64,000 nucleotides of DNA from an uncultured Rhodobacterales bacterium (GTDB lineage Bacteria > Pseudomonadota > Alphaproteobacteria > Rhodobacterales > Rhodobacteraceae): NCBI GenBank assembly GCA_964387155.1, contig CAYLVP010000001.1, positions 14,247 through 78,246 on the forward strand. The letters run 5' to 3'. Positions 1-14,493 of this stretch are shown piece after piece (the stretch's first letter is position 1; every line of letters begins with the position of its first letter). The position numbers were made by a program, and so were the translations under genes. The notes under the pieces were generated by a model, which saw only the letters and a list, made by a program, of their open reading frames with translations, ran no database searches and had not been told where the DNA came from.

Positions 1-1083
1 CAGCGCCTCGGGCAGGAGCGTGTGGTTGGTGTAGTTGAGACAGGCCTGCGCGATCTGCTTGGCCGTGTCCCAGTCCAGCCCGTGCATATCGACCAGCAGT
101 CGGATCAGCTCGGGCCCGGCAAGGGCCGGGTGCGTGTCGTTCATCTGGATCGCGACCTTTTCGGGCAAAAGCGCGAGATCGTCATATTCGCTCAGGAACC
201 GGCGCAAGATATCCTGCAGCGCGGCGGAGGTGAGGAAGAACTCCTGTTTCAGCCGCAGCTCCTTGCCGCTATCGGTGGTGTCCTCGGGGTAGAGCACCCG
301 CGACAGCGTCCGGGCCAGAGCCTCGGGCGCGGCGGCGGCGGTGTAGTCGCCGGAATTGAAGCGTTCCAGATCAAACAGCTCGGTCGGGTGGGCCCCCCAA
401 AGGCGCAGCGTATTGGCCCATTTGCCCTGCCAGCCCACCACAGGCATGTCGTAGGCCTTGGCGTAGACGGTTTCGCCCGCATGCCAGATGGCGCGGCCGT
501 CCTGCATCTCGACATGGCCCTTGAAGGGGATGGTGTAGCGCGCCTCAGGGCGTTCGAATTCCCACGGATGTGGCTGGGTCAGCCAATCTTCGGGATGCTC
601 GACCTGACGGCCACCTTCGAATTTCTGCCGGAACAGCCCGTGCTCGTAACGAATGCCGTAGCCATAGGCGGGGCAGGCGAGGGTCGACATGCTTTCAAGA
701 AAGCACGCTGCGAGGCGGCCAAGCCCGCCATTGCCAAGTGCCGCATCGGGTTCGTCTTCGATCACGTCACGCAGGGCGATACCTTCGCTGTGCAACACAT
801 CCCGGACGGTCTCCAGAAGGCCCAGGTTGACCATGGCATCCTCAAGGATGCGACCGATCAGGAATTCCATCGACAGGTAATAGACCCGCTTGCCTTGCGC
901 CTCGTAGGTCTTGCGGGTGGCCTCGAACCAGGGCTCGATCAGGATATCGCGTACCGCGTAGCTGACCGCCATGCGCCAATCATAGAGGCTGGCATGCGCC
1001 TTGTCCTTGCCCAGCGTGTAAGTCAGGTGCTGCGTCACGCGCTGCTGCAGCGCCTGTGCGGAAAGATCACTCATCACATTCAT
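1..1083 (-). CDS. glgP: Glycogen phosphorylase (3' part runs off the window)
   Basis: Not in the ORF track. Manual minus-strand translation from ATG 1083 gives MNVMSDLS...KRVYYLSMEFLIGR...LGNGGLGRLAACF, hallmark GlgP motifs. Last gene of the glg operon. Confidence 0.95.
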   Translation of the reverse strand, partial: MNVMSDLSAQALQQRVTQHLTYTLGKDKAHASLYDWRMAVSYAVRDILIEPWFEATRKTYEAQGKRVYYLSMEFLIGRILEDAMVNLGLLETVRDVLHSEGIALRDVIEDEPDAALGNGGLGRLAACFLESMSTLACPAYGYGIRYEHGLFRQKFEGGRQVEHPEDWLTQPHPWEFERPEARYTIPFKGHVEMQDGRAIWHAGETVYAKAYDMPVVGWQGKWANTLRLWGAHPTELFDLERFNSGDYTAAAAPEALARTLSRVLYPEDTTDSGKELRLKQEFFLTSAALQDILRRFLSEYDDLALLPEKVAIQMNDTHPALAGPELIRLLVDMHGLDWDTAKQIAQACLNYTNHTLLPEAL

Positions 1084-1185
1084 ACAACCAAGATCCCTTA
1101 TCTCGCCCCGTCAGGTGCGGTTCTTAGAGGCGGGGTGTTGCCATAAGATGAGGGCGGGAAAAAGGCCAAACCAGCTGGCGCGGTG

Positions 1186-4948
<3,763 letters not shown>

Positions 4949-4952
<4 letters not shown>

Positions 4953-6379
4953 CCTTTGGCTCCGATCAGGTCTTGATACATCTGCGCGTAAAGCGCGGCC
5001 GAGGCGTCCCACCCCACGGGCTGGGCCATGGCGTTGCGCTGCATCTTCTTCCAGATGGCAGGCTGCGCATAGAGCTCGCAAAGCTGCCCCAGCGCACCCG
5101 AGAGGGCCTGCGCGTTGATGGGATGAAACTGAATGCCCGTCGCCACCTCACGCGCCATTGCAGCGGGGGAGGCGTTGATGACCGTATCGGCCAGCCCGCC
5201 CGTCAATGCCACCAGCGGCAGCGTGCCATAGCGCAACCCATAGAGCTGGGTGAGACCGCAAGGTTCAAACCGAGACGGAACCAGAATGGCGTCGCCACCG
5301 GCCATCATCTGATGCGACAGGGCCTCGTCATAACCGATCTTGACGGCAAGGTTTGGGTGGCGGGCCGCGGCCTCTGACAGGGCGACCTCAAGATCAGGCG
5401 CGCCGCTGCCCAAAAGCGCTAGCTGCCCGCCGCGATCCAGCAGGGCGGGCAGGGCATCCAGCAGGATATCGATACCTTTTTGTTCTGTCAGCCGAGAGAC
5501 CAGCACGCAGAGCGGGCCATCAGCCTTGCCCAGCCCGAAGGTTTTTTGCAGCGCCCGCTTGTTGGCGGCTTTCCCGGCGGCGGTCTTGTAAGGCTTGATC
5601 TCGGGGTCGGTCGCAGGGTTCCAGACATCGAGATCAATGCCGTTGACGATCCCCATCAGATCGCCCTGTCGCGCGCGCAGGATGCCGTCCATGCCGATGC
5701 CGAACTCTGGCGTCAGCAGCTCTTTGGCATAGGTCTGCGAGACCGTGGTGATCTGCGCAGCCCCGGCAAGGGCGGCCTTCAGCGCAGAAATCTGGCCCCA
5801 GAATTCGAAGTGATCGGCAGTGAACCGGTCGGGCTCCAACCGCAGGCTGGTCAGTTTCGACGCGGGTGCGTTGCCGTGAAAGGCGATGTTGTGGACGGTG
5901 AAGACAAATGGCGTGGCAACACCCAGTACGTGCAGATATTCCGGCGTCAGCCCGGCCTGCCAGTCATGGCCATGGACGATATCGGGCACCCACTTGCCCG
6001 CGCCCTCCGCGGCCACCTTCGCGGCGGCGTAAGACAGCGCCGCGAAACGCTCCGGGTTGTCGGGCCAATCTTGGCCCGCCGCATCGCCGTATATCCCGCC
6101 ATCCCGGTCAAACAGATGCGGCGCGTCGAGGATCAGAAGGTCAAGCGCGCCCATTTTGCAGGACTCTAACGCCGCCTTCCCGCCGAACAGATCCGCGTAT
6201 TTCGCGACGGTCTTTGTCTTTCCCAGCTTGCTGGCAATGGCGCGGTAGCTGGGCAAAAGCACTTTGACCTCGCAGCCTTGCGCCGCCAATGCACTGGGCA
6301 GAGCCCCCGCCACATCCGCCAGCCCGCCGGTTTTGATCAGCGGCGCGCATTCGGACACGACGAACAGAATTTTCGTCAT
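4949..6379 (-). CDS. glgA: Glycogen synthase
   Basis: [12 protein letters not shown] and PSRFEPCGL motifs. Confidence 0.97.
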
Positions 6380-7632
6380 GTTTGAGCGGCTCGTTTATCA
6401 AGCATGGCCTGGGTGATCAGCGTTGTGCCGCGTTCCGTGACGCGGAACCATTTGGCGTCGTCGGACGGGTCTTCCCCCACCACGAGACCTTCGGGGATCA
6501 CCACGCCGCCATCCACGACGACCTGCCTGAGGCGGGCAGACCGGTGCACCACCACATTGGGCAGCAGCACAGCATGATCGAGCACCGCGTAGGAGTTCGT
6601 ATGCACATTGGTAAAGAGCACGGAATTGCGCACTTCGGTTCCCGACACTATGCACCCACCCGACACCATCGACGAGATCGCCATGCCCCGCCGGTCACGC
6701 TCGTCATGGATGAACTTGGCGGGTGGAACGGCCTCGTTATAGGTCCAGATCGGCCAGTCGCGGTCCCACAGATCAAGGTCGGGCGTAAAGTTGGTCAGGT
6801 CGATATGCGCCTGCCAAAAGGCGTCCACTGTGCCCACATCTTTCCAATAGGCCGGCGCGTTGTCGTCGCGCACGCAGCTTTCGTCGAAGCGGTGTGCGAC
6901 GGCCTTGCCGTTTGCCACGATGTCCGGGATCAGGTCATTGCCAAAATCGTTGGAACTGTCGGGGTTGCCTGCATCTTTCAGCAGCAGATCGCGCAGGAAT
7001 TTCCAGTTGAAGACATAAATCCCCATCGAGGCGAGGGCCATGTCCGGGTCTTCCGGCGTGCCTGGAGGGTCCGCCGGTTTTTCGAGGAATGAGGTGATGT
7101 TGCCCGCTTTGTCGGTAGCCATGACACCAAAAGCGGTTGCTTCCTCGCGCGGGACGGTCAGGCACCCCACGGTCACGTCCGCCTCTGCCTCGACATGCTG
7201 GCGGATCATGATTTCGTAATCCATCTTGTAGATGTGGTCGCCCGCCAGGATCACCACGTAATCGACCCCGTAGCTGTCCACGATGTCGATATTCTGGGTG
7301 ACGGCATCTGCCGTGCCCTTATACCAGCTTTCGGTGCCGCCGCGCTGGGAGGCAGGGAGCACGTCGATGAATTCGTTGCGCTCCGCGCCCATAAAATTCC
7401 AGCCACGCTGCACATGTCTGATCAGGCTGTGGGCCTTGTATTGCGTGGCGATCGCCATCTTGCGGATGCCCGAATTCATCGCGTTGGACAGGGCGAAGTC
7501 GATGATCCGTGCCTTGCCGCCAAAGGGGACGGCTGGCTTGACACGACGGTCGGTGAGCTCTTTGAGGCGACTGCCACGCCCCCCGGCCAGCACGAAAACC
7601 ATGGATCGCTGTGTGAGGCGCTTAGTGGGCAT
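6376..7632 (-). CDS. glgC: Glucose-1-phosphate adenylyltransferase
   Basis: [25 protein letters not shown] and GDHIYKMDY motifs. Confidence 0.97.
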   Translation of the reverse strand: MPTKRLTQRSMVFVLAGGRGSRLKELTDRRVKPAVPFGGKARIIDFALSNAMNSGIRKMAIATQYKAHSLIRHVQRGWNFMGAERNEFIDVLPASQRGGTESWYKGTADAVTQNIDIVDSYGVDYVVILAGDHIYKMDYEIMIRQHVEAEADVTVGCLTVPREEATAFGVMATDKAGNITSFLEKPADPPGTPEDPDMALASMGIYVFNWKFLRDLLLKDAGNPDSSNDFGNDLIPDIVANGKAVAHRFDESCVRDDNAPAYWKDVGTVDAFWQAHIDLTNFTPDLDLWDRDWPIWTYNEAVPPAKFIHDERDRRGMAISSMVSGGCIVSGTEVRNSVLFTNVHTNSYAVLDHAVLLPNVVVHRSARLRQVVVDGGVVIPEGLVVGEDPSDDAKWFRVTERGTTLITQAMLDKRAAQT

Positions 7633-7660
7633 GTGAGTTCTCCAACCTGTCATTATGTTT

Positions 7661-9889
7661 TTAGCTGTCGTCCTGTTGCTTGAGGACGATCACGGAAAGG
7701 GGCGGCAAGGTCAGGGTCACGGACTGGTCTTGCCCGTCCCACGGCGACTGAGACGCTTCGCAGCCGCCCAGGTTGCCCCTATTGCCACCCCCATAGATCG
7801 ACGCATCCGTGTTCAGAACTTCCTCCCAAAAGCCCTGTCCGGGCACGCCAACCCTAAAGCCTAACCGCTCAACCGGCGTAAAGTTGCATATGACAACAAC
7901 CGAGGCGTCACCGGCGGCGCCCCTGCGCATGTAGGCAATCGTGGATTGCGCCGGGTCATTGCTGAGCCAGGCGAACCCATCAGCCTCGCAATCCTTTGCG
8001 TGAAGTGCAGCGGTGTCGCGGTAGAGCCTGTTGAGATCGCGGATCAGGTGCTGGACGCCCGCATGTGCCGGTTCAGCTGCAGCGCCCCAGTTGAGCTCAG
8101 CGTTGTGGTTCCACTCTTCGGGCTGGGCAAACTCGCAGCCCATGAACAAAAGCTTCTTGCCCGGCTGGGTCCACATGAACGCGTAATAGGCGCGTAGATT
8201 GGCGAATTTCTCCCAAGTGTTGCCGGGCATCTTTTCGATCATCGAGCCCTTGCCGTGGACCACCTCGTCATGGCTGATCGGCAGGATGAAGTTCTCGGTA
8301 AAAGCCCAGTCGATGGGGAAGGTCATCAGGTGGTGGTCGTGCTGGCGGTAGATCGGGTCTTTTTCCATGTAGCGCAGCGTGTCGTTCATCCACCCCATGT
8401 TCCATTTGTAACCAAAGCCCAGCCCCCCGCTATGGACCGGGTGAGAGACCTGCGGGAAAGAGGTGCTTTCCTCGGCCACGGTGATCACGCTGTCATCGGC
8501 GCCATAGACCGCGACGTTCATTTCCTTGAGGAACTCAATCGCCTCGTAATTCTCGCGCCCGCCGTCTTTGTTGGGGACCCATTGCCCGTCCTCGCGCGAG
8601 TAGTCGCGATACAGCATCGAGGCCACGGCATCCACGCGCAGCCCGTCGAGGTGATATTCCTCCATCCAGTAAAGCGCGTTTGCCACCAGGTAGTTTTTCA
8701 CCTCGGTGCGGCCGTAATTGTAGATCAGCGTGTTCCAGTCCTGATGGAAGCCCTCGCGCGGGTCAGCATGCTCGTAAAGCGCGGTGCCGTCAAACTTGGC
8801 AAGCCCATGCGCGTCGGTCGGGAAATGCCCCGGCACCCAATCCAGCAGCACGCCAATCTCGGCGGCATGGGCGGCCTCGACGAAATCGCGAAACTCGTGC
8901 GGCGGGCCAAAACGGATCGTGGGTGCATAAAGCCCCACGGGCTGGTAGCCCCAGGACCCGTCAAACGGGAATTCCGAGATGGGCAGCAATTCGATATGGG
9001 TGAAGCCCATCCATTTGACATAATCGACCAGATCGCGCGCAAGCTCTTTATAGCTGAGCGGCCTGCCACCATCGTCATAGCCCCTGCGCCAGGAGCCAAG
9101 ATGCACCTCGTAGACAGACATGGGCTGGCTGCGGTCCGCGCGCGCCGCGCGGGTGTTCATCCAGGCGTCGTCGCGCCAGCCATACCCGCCAATGTCGCGC
9201 ACGACAGAGGCCTGTTCAGGCGGATGCTGCGCGCCAAACCCCACCGGGTCTGCCTTGATGGCCATTGCGCCGTCGGCCCCCAGCAGCTCGTATTTGTAAA
9301 GCGCGCCGTCGCTGACGCCGGGCAGAAAGATCTCCCAAACGCCGGTCTCACCTGCGGGGCGCATCGGGTGCCTGCGGCCGTCCCAGCTGTTGAATGCCCC
9401 CACGACGCTGACGCGCCGCGCATTGGGGGCCCAGACCGCAAAATGGGTGCCTGCGACACTGTCATGGGTGGTCACATGCGCGCCCAGCGCTTTCCAAAGC
9501 TGCTTATGGGTGCCTTCGCCCAGCAGGTATTTGTCGAAATCGCTGAGCATGGGCGCAAAGGCGAACGGGTCGTGGCTGGTGTGGTCCGACCCGTCTGCGT
9601 AGCGCCGCGTAAGCGTGTAGCTTTTGCCGGGCACGGGGCCCGCAAACACGTCCCCACCCACACGGGGCAATGATATACTCTTGCCCGCGACGGTCGCCGT
9701 GACGGCGGTGGCAGCAGGCTCGAAGCTGACCACCCAGCGGCGGTTGCGGCTTTTGTGGGGGCCAAGCACGTCATAGGGGGCAGGGTGGATGCCCTGGTTG
9801 AGGGCGTCTATATCGGCTTGGGTGAGAAACTCCGGCAGGGCCGGGGATGAGGTTCGTGATGAGGTCTGTCCGCGATCGGGCTTCGGCAT
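7661..9889 (-). CDS. glgB: 1,4-alpha-glucan branching enzyme
   Basis: [30 protein letters not shown] and SHDEVVHGK motifs. Start MPKPD after GGAGTAAGG. Confidence 0.96.
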   Translation of the reverse strand: MPKPDRGQTSSRTSSPALPEFLTQADIDALNQGIHPAPYDVLGPHKSRNRRWVVSFEPAATAVTATVAGKSISLPRVGGDVFAGPVPGKSYTLTRRYADGSDHTSHDPFAFAPMLSDFDKYLLGEGTHKQLWKALGAHVTTHDSVAGTHFAVWAPNARRVSVVGAFNSWDGRRHPMRPAGETGVWEIFLPGVSDGALYKYELLGADGAMAIKADPVGFGAQHPPEQASVVRDIGGYGWRDDAWMNTRAARADRSQPMSVYEVHLGSWRRGYDDGGRPLSYKELARDLVDYVKWMGFTHIELLPISEFPFDGSWGYQPVGLYAPTIRFGPPHEFRDFVEAAHAAEIGVLLDWVPGHFPTDAHGLAKFDGTALYEHADPREGFHQDWNTLIYNYGRTEVKNYLVANALYWMEEYHLDGLRVDAVASMLYRDYSREDGQWVPNKDGGRENYEAIEFLKEMNVAVYGADDSVITVAEESTSFPQVSHPVHSGGLGFGYKWNMGWMNDTLRYMEKDPIYRQHDHHLMTFPIDWAFTENFILPISHDEVVHGKGSMIEKMPGNTWEKFANLRAYYAFMWTQPGKKLLFMGCEFAQPEEWNHNAELNWGAAAEPAHAGVQHLIRDLNRLYRDTAALHAKDCEADGFAWLSNDPAQSTIAYMRRGAAGDASVVVICNFTPVERLGFRVGVPGQGFWEEVLNTDASIYGGGNRGNLGGCEASQSPWDGQDQSVTLTLPPLSVIVLKQQDDS

Positions 9890-10031
9890 CCTTACTCCAA
9901 CGCAATACATGTCGACGCCGGTTGGGGCGCGACTTTGCCCAAGTCAAACACGCGTGATCAAGAAGGTCAAACATCCGTGCGCCGCGGCGCTGAAACAGCG
10001 CGCAGGGCGATGCCGCGCCCCCTTTTCCTGC

Positions 10032-11117
10032 TTGGGCGGAGGCGTTACTGTTTCCTCTGACAGCTGCAGCTATGGGACGACCATCATCAACCGCATCGCG
10101 CCACATATCTCTGACGGTGTTTCGCAGGCGGCCCAGCAAGACGCAACATCGCGCCGGTTCGAGCTGTTTGTGTCCCGCGGCTTTGCCAGTTTTGAGCTGT
10201 CCGCCGTGACGCAAGTCCTCACTGCGGCCAATGCGATTGCCGCCCAAGAGCGGTTCACATGGACATTCGCCTCTAACGCCCCGGGTCTTCTCAAAGGGTG
10301 CGATGGCATGCTGGTGCGGGCCGAACCTGCGATCCCGGATCATGGTTTTGCGGATTGTATAATCGTGGTGGGCGGGCGCTCGGTGGAGGCGTCGGCCTGG
10401 CTGGCGCGGGCCCGCAGCATGCAACGCAAGGGGTTGCCGGTCGTTCTGCTGTCTGATGCTGCGACGGCTTATATAAAGGCCACCAAGACGCCGCCGGGGC
10501 AAGTGACAACCCATTGGCGCGACGTAGCCACCCTCGCGGAGACAGGGCTCTATGCCAATCTCACCGCGCGGTTTTCCGAGAATTCCGGCGGCATCATCAC
10601 GGCGGCGGGCCATGGGGCGACGGCTGAGCTGGTGATCGGGCTCATCGCCCCGTTCCTTGAGGCGCCGCAAGTGGCTGAGCTTGGCAGCCAGCTTTTGCTT
10701 CACACGATCCGCAAAAGCGACGCAGAGCAGCCCAAGGACATTGCCGATAATGCCAGCCTCTTTGATGCGCGTGTGACCCATGCCATCAAGCTGATGGAGG
10801 ACAGTGTCGCGGAGCCGATGTCGATGGCAGAGCTGACCGAGAAGGCGGGATTGTCCACCCGCCATCTTGAACGCGTCTTCCGCAAGGTTTTCAACGACAC
10901 GCCTGCGAAATTCTACAAACGTCTGCGCGCGCGAAAAGCCCGCACCATGATCGAAGAGACGTTGATGCCAATGATCGAGATCGCGGTTGCAACCGGGTTC
11001 GGCTCGACCGACACGCTGGCGAAAGCGGTGCGCGAGGAATACGGCATGACGCCGTCAAAGATGCGGGCGCGGCACAAAATCAGCCTGCTGACGCACCAAC
11101 AGGCGGAGCAGGACTAG
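10032..11117 (+). CDS. GlxA-like AraC-family regulator (DJ-1/PfpI-like plus HTH)
   Basis: N-terminal amidase-like domain (VTTHW, IITAAG) and C-terminal AraC HTH (LSTRHLERVF...ATGF...YGMTPS). Start is uncertain: in-frame options are 9909, 9954 and 10032. Confidence 0.85.
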   Translation: MGGGVTVSSDSCSYGTTIINRIAPHISDGVSQAAQQDATSRRFELFVSRGFASFELSAVTQVLTAANAIAAQERFTWTFASNAPGLLKGCDGMLVRAEPAIPDHGFADCIIVVGGRSVEASAWLARARSMQRKGLPVVLLSDAATAYIKATKTPPGQVTTHWRDVATLAETGLYANLTARFSENSGGIITAAGHGATAELVIGLIAPFLEAPQVAELGSQLLLHTIRKSDAEQPKDIADNASLFDARVTHAIKLMEDSVAEPMSMAELTEKAGLSTRHLERVFRKVFNDTPAKFYKRLRARKARTMIEETLMPMIEIAVATGFGSTDTLAKAVREEYGMTPSKMRARHKISLLTHQQAEQD

Positions 11118-11132
11118 CGCTGCACAGCCCGG

Positions 11133-12635
11133 TTACCGAAGCGGAATACCGTTGGCCGAAACTTTGCCGGATGGGTCGATCAGGATTGTGCTGGTCAATG
11201 TGTCCGGCTCTGGTCCAGGCTTGGCAAACAGACCCGACATCATGCGGATCCCCACTGCCCGTTGGTCGGTAACAAGACCCAAAGCCGCCAGATTGTCGAG
11301 CAGCGTCATGCCGCCGGACAGGGCCAGATTGAGTGCCCCCATCGGGCGTGGCAGCCCATTGAATGTGGTCACATCGGAATTATCAAAGGTGAAATCCCCG
11401 TCGCCCGTCAACTCGGCCCCTGCGGCCTTCACCCGCAACGCCAGGTTCAGGGCTTCCAATGCGCCGACGGCCTTCCCCTCACCCCTTGCGGCAGCGAGGT
11501 CCGAGAAATCCACCAGCCAATTGCCGGCCCCGTTCAGGTTCAGCACCATGTCTGCGGCATCGCGCGGCAATCGGCCTTCCGGATCGACCATCGCCCAAAG
11601 AAAGTCGCTGACCTTAACGCCCTCCAAAACCAAGCCCAGCCCAAAATCTTCAGGCATATCGGTTTTCGAGTGAGGCATGGCCAAGTCAACGCGCGAGCGG
11701 TCATAGCTCAGCTCGATCGGTGGGAAGGGCAGGTTGGACAGGCGGCCCTTGGCGGCAAGGTCGTTCAGCTCGGTCCCGTAGCTGACCTTTGCGTTATCGA
11801 TTGCGATATCGATGGCGCCGCCGCCCGTCCTGCCTTGCAGATTGGTCGTCGATCCGTTTGCGGTCACGGCGATGTCGAAGCTGCCATCTGTGAATGCGAG
11901 ATCTGAGTCCACGAAAAAATCCGAGCGCCGCAGCTCTGCAAGTGGCAACTCAACAACCCGTTCGGGCAGGATGTAGGAGGTGTCAATATCAAGCCCGTTG
12001 AACTGAGTGTTGAGCTTGATGGCGTCGCGATCCGTAGCGGCCTCAAGCTCCGCCTGAACGCTCAAGGCTCCGACTGTATATGCTGCATCATGTGTGTTCA
12101 GGTTCTCCCCCGAACTGCGCCAACTGCCTTCCGAGGCGCTCAGGATCAGGTTGATATCGCCCGCAAATTTGCGGCCTTTGACGTCAAAATCTCGGAACTC
12201 ATATGTCATGCGCGGCGCGCTGAAACTGTGCAGGATATTGTCCGGCGTCCCGCTGGCCTCGATCACCATGCCAGTCTGCGTGAACGCGTAGCTGTGCTGC
12301 GCGGGCTTGCCTCCCTTCAAGGCGATTTCCGTGCTTGTGGTCAGCCTTGGCGGCATATCAACCGCAACCCGGCCCCCCGACAGCGGGCGAAAGATGATGG
12401 GTTCGGCCATGGTGATGGTCGAGCTGGCCGCATCCTGCACCGTTCGCAACACGATGTTGGAGATCACCAGCGTGTCGCCCCTGCGGGTCTCGTCTGCCTT
12501 CAATTGACCATAGATTTGCAGCTGCGCGCGGAGGGCTGCCCAGACATCATCGGGGCTCACATCGGCCGCAGCTGGCAGCGCCGTTGCGGCCAGGGTCGCG
12601 CAGAAAAACATGGCGGGGGGGATGCGTCGGGCCAA
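11133..12635 (-). CDS. Exported protein, DUF2125-like
   Basis: Signal peptide (..ATALPAAA/DV) and C-terminus DTLTSTILIDPSGKVSANGIPLR typical of this Rhodobacteraceae family. TTG start after GGAAGGA. Confidence 0.7.
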   Translation of the reverse strand: MARRIPPAMFFCATLAATALPAAADVSPDDVWAALRAQLQIYGQLKADETRRGDTLVISNIVLRTVQDAASSTITMAEPIIFRPLSGGRVAVDMPPRLTTSTEIALKGGKPAQHSYAFTQTGMVIEASGTPDNILHSFSAPRMTYEFRDFDVKGRKFAGDINLILSASEGSWRSSGENLNTHDAAYTVGALSVQAELEAATDRDAIKLNTQFNGLDIDTSYILPERVVELPLAELRRSDFFVDSDLAFTDGSFDIAVTANGSTTNLQGRTGGGAIDIAIDNAKVSYGTELNDLAAKGRLSNLPFPPIELSYDRSRVDLAMPHSKTDMPEDFGLGLVLEGVKVSDFLWAMVDPEGRLPRDAADMVLNLNGAGNWLVDFSDLAAARGEGKAVGALEALNLALRVKAAGAELTGDGDFTFDNSDVTTFNGLPRPMGALNLALSGGMTLLDNLAALGLVTDQRAVGIRMMSGLFAKPGPEPDTLTSTILIDPSGKVSANGIPLR

Positions 12636-12843
12636 AGGGGCGTTCCTTCCATCGTCGACAATCTGGATGCGTCGGTCTCGCCCCAATGTGGTGGATATGG
12701 CAAAGCGCATCAAGCATCGCCCGAGGGGAAAGCTGCGGATATTTGCGCAGCGCGCGAAGGCAGGCAGGCGCCATATGCTGAGAAAAGTCAGGTGGGGTCT
12801 GGATCGGATAACCCGACCGCTGAGCCTTGGTGGCTCTTGATGG

Positions 12844-13116
12844 CTAGTGGCCGCCCATGTCAGGGCCGACATCCTTGCTGGGGTCAGGACCTGCATCCGG
12901 TACGGCCTCACCTGCGGCGAGCTTGTCGAGAAAGATGCGCGCCCGCGCTTCGGCGCGGCGCACCCGCACCGAGGTCAGAAAAGCCTCCTGCGTGGTCTGT
13001 GACGAGGCACCGAGTATCTCCGCCACCCGCGTCACTATGGTTTCATCACCGCTTTCAGCTTCGCGTTTCAGCGCCTCAATGGCCAGCTCATCGGCAATGT
13101 CATCGGTGATGGCCAT
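12844..13116 (-). CDS. Small hypothetical protein
   Basis: 90-aa ORF starting 1 nt after the hydrolase stop; acidic, helical composition. Confidence 0.7.
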   Translation of the reverse strand: MAITDDIADELAIEALKREAESGDETIVTRVAEILGASSQTTQEAFLTSVRVRRAEARARIFLDKLAAGEAVPDAGPDPSKDVGPDMGGH

Positions 13117-13117
13117 G

Positions 13118-13774
13118 CTATCGGGACGTTTCCGTCAGGCGGCGGCGGACATATTCTTCGACCGAGCCGGTCAATGTGTCCATGTGATCCTCTTCAAAGA
13201 AATGTCCCGCGCCATCGACCTGGCTGTGGGTGATCGTGATGCCTTTCTGCTCATGCAGCTTGCCCACCAGATTTTCGGTATCGGCGGGTGGGGCCACGCG
13301 GTCGCCCGAGCCGTTGATGATCAGCCCGGAGGATGGGCAGGGGGCAAGGAAGGAGAAGTCATACATGTTGGCAGGCGGAGACACCGAGATGAAGCCCGTG
13401 ATCTCAGGACGCCGCATCAGAAGCTGCATGCCAATCCACGCCCCGAAAGAGAAGCCCGCGACCCAGCAATGTTTAGCATTCTGGTTCATCGATTGCAGGT
13501 AATCGAGCGCGGAGGCCGCGTCGCTGAGCTCGCCTATGCCCTGATCATATTCACCCTGGCTGCGCCCCACACCCCGGAAATTGAAGCGCAGGACGTTAAA
13601 GCCCATGTTGAAAAAGGTGTAGTGCAGGTTATAGACCACGCGATTGTTCATCGTGCCGCCAAATTGCGGATGCGGGTGCAGGATGATCGCGATTGGCGCA
13701 TCTTTCATGGCCTTATGGGGGTGATACCGGCCTTCCAGGCGCCCTTCGGGTCCGGGGAAAATCACTTCGGGCAT
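13118..13774 (-). CDS. Alpha/beta hydrolase (suf-associated)
   Basis: HPHPQFGGTMNN, GFSFG nucleophile elbow and GAGHFF. Divergent from iscR, as usual in Alphaproteobacteria. Confidence 0.9.
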   Translation of the reverse strand: MPEVIFPGPEGRLEGRYHPHKAMKDAPIAIILHPHPQFGGTMNNRVVYNLHYTFFNMGFNVLRFNFRGVGRSQGEYDQGIGELSDAASALDYLQSMNQNAKHCWVAGFSFGAWIGMQLLMRRPEITGFISVSPPANMYDFSFLAPCPSSGLIINGSGDRVAPPADTENLVGKLHEQKGITITHSQVDGAGHFFEEDHMDTLTGSVEEYVRRRLTETSR

Positions 13775-13816
13775 AGGGTCTCTTGGTCCTTTATGCGGGC
13801 CCGGCGGCCGTGCATT

Positions 13817-13835
13817 CTTGACGACTTCGCTCAGG
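13817..13835 (+). promoter_or_regulatory. Putative IscR / Iron-Rhodo box overlapping a -35 (TTGACG)
   Basis: CTTGA-N9-TCAGG imperfect 19-bp palindrome about 115 bp upstream of iscR. Confidence 0.6.
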
Positions 13836-13838
13836 TAA

Positions 13839-13855
13839 TTTAGAAACGTTCTAAG
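13839..13855. promoter_or_regulatory. Irr iron control element (ICE)
   Basis: TTTAGAAACGTTCTAAG versus consensus TTTAGAA-N3-TTCTAAA, upstream of iscR-suf. Confidence 0.75.
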
Positions 13856-13950
13856 TTGACGCTGCACCGCGCGCCGGTAGGTCCGTGAGACCTAAGCGCC
13901 GCATGTCACAGCGTCAATGGTAAACGGGATTTGAATGGCTGGGGTCGCCC

Positions 13951-14409
13951 ATGAAATTAAGCACGAAAGGTCGCTATGCGATGGTTGCCCTGGCCGACCT
14001 CGCCCTGGCACCGGAGGCGGAGCTGGTCTCGCTTGGGGCCATTTCAAAGCGGCAGGATATCTCCTTGCCATATCTTGAGCAGCTCTTCGTGAAGCTGCGC
14101 CGGGCGGGGCTGGTTGCGTCCGTGCGGGGACCGGGAGGCGGCTACAAGCTGGCCAAAAGCGCCGATGCAATCCGTGTCTCGGAGATCCTGGAAGCGGTGG
14201 ATGAGACCGTCAATGCGCTGCATACCGGGGCCGGCGCTTCGGGCGGCCTGTCAGGCTCGCGCGCGCAATCCATGACCAACAGGCTTTGGGAAGGGCTGTC
14301 GGCGCATGTCTACGTGTTTTTGCACCAGACGCGGTTATCGGATGTCGTGAAGAACGACCTGACCCCGTGCCCTGCGGTGCCCAATCTGTTCGAGCTGGTC
14401 GATGAGTGA
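13951..14409 (+). CDS. iscR: Rrf2-family regulator IscR
   Basis: MKLSTKGRYAM, YLEQLF and SVRGPGGGY motifs; single Cys (PCPAVP) as in Rhodobacter IscR; heads the isc-suf operon. Confidence 0.92.
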   Translation: MKLSTKGRYAMVALADLALAPEAELVSLGAISKRQDISLPYLEQLFVKLRRAGLVASVRGPGGGYKLAKSADAIRVSEILEAVDETVNALHTGAGASGGLSGSRAQSMTNRLWEGLSAHVYVFLHQTRLSDVVKNDLTPCPAVPNLFELVDE

Positions 14410-14441
14410 GGTTTTGCGCCGCAGTGCCTGCGCCGCGATAG

Positions 14442-14486
14442 GCGAGGGGCCAGCCCCTCGCGCTCCCCGGGATATTTTTGGAACAA
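14442..14486 (+). repeat. REP-like interspersed repeat, copy 1
   Basis: Hairpin GCGAGGGG-CCAG-CCCCTCGC followed by CCCCGGGATATTTTT; similar to 61798-61850. Confidence 0.55.
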
Positions 14487-14493
14487 TGATGAG

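Noticed and set aside
22-1146. 374-aa plus-strand ORF and many other long antisense ORFs (e.g. 8255-9673, 16027-17106, 46059-47405, 48870-50258)
   Set aside because: Shadow ORFs antisense to well-supported genes in GC-rich DNA; no recognisable motifs.
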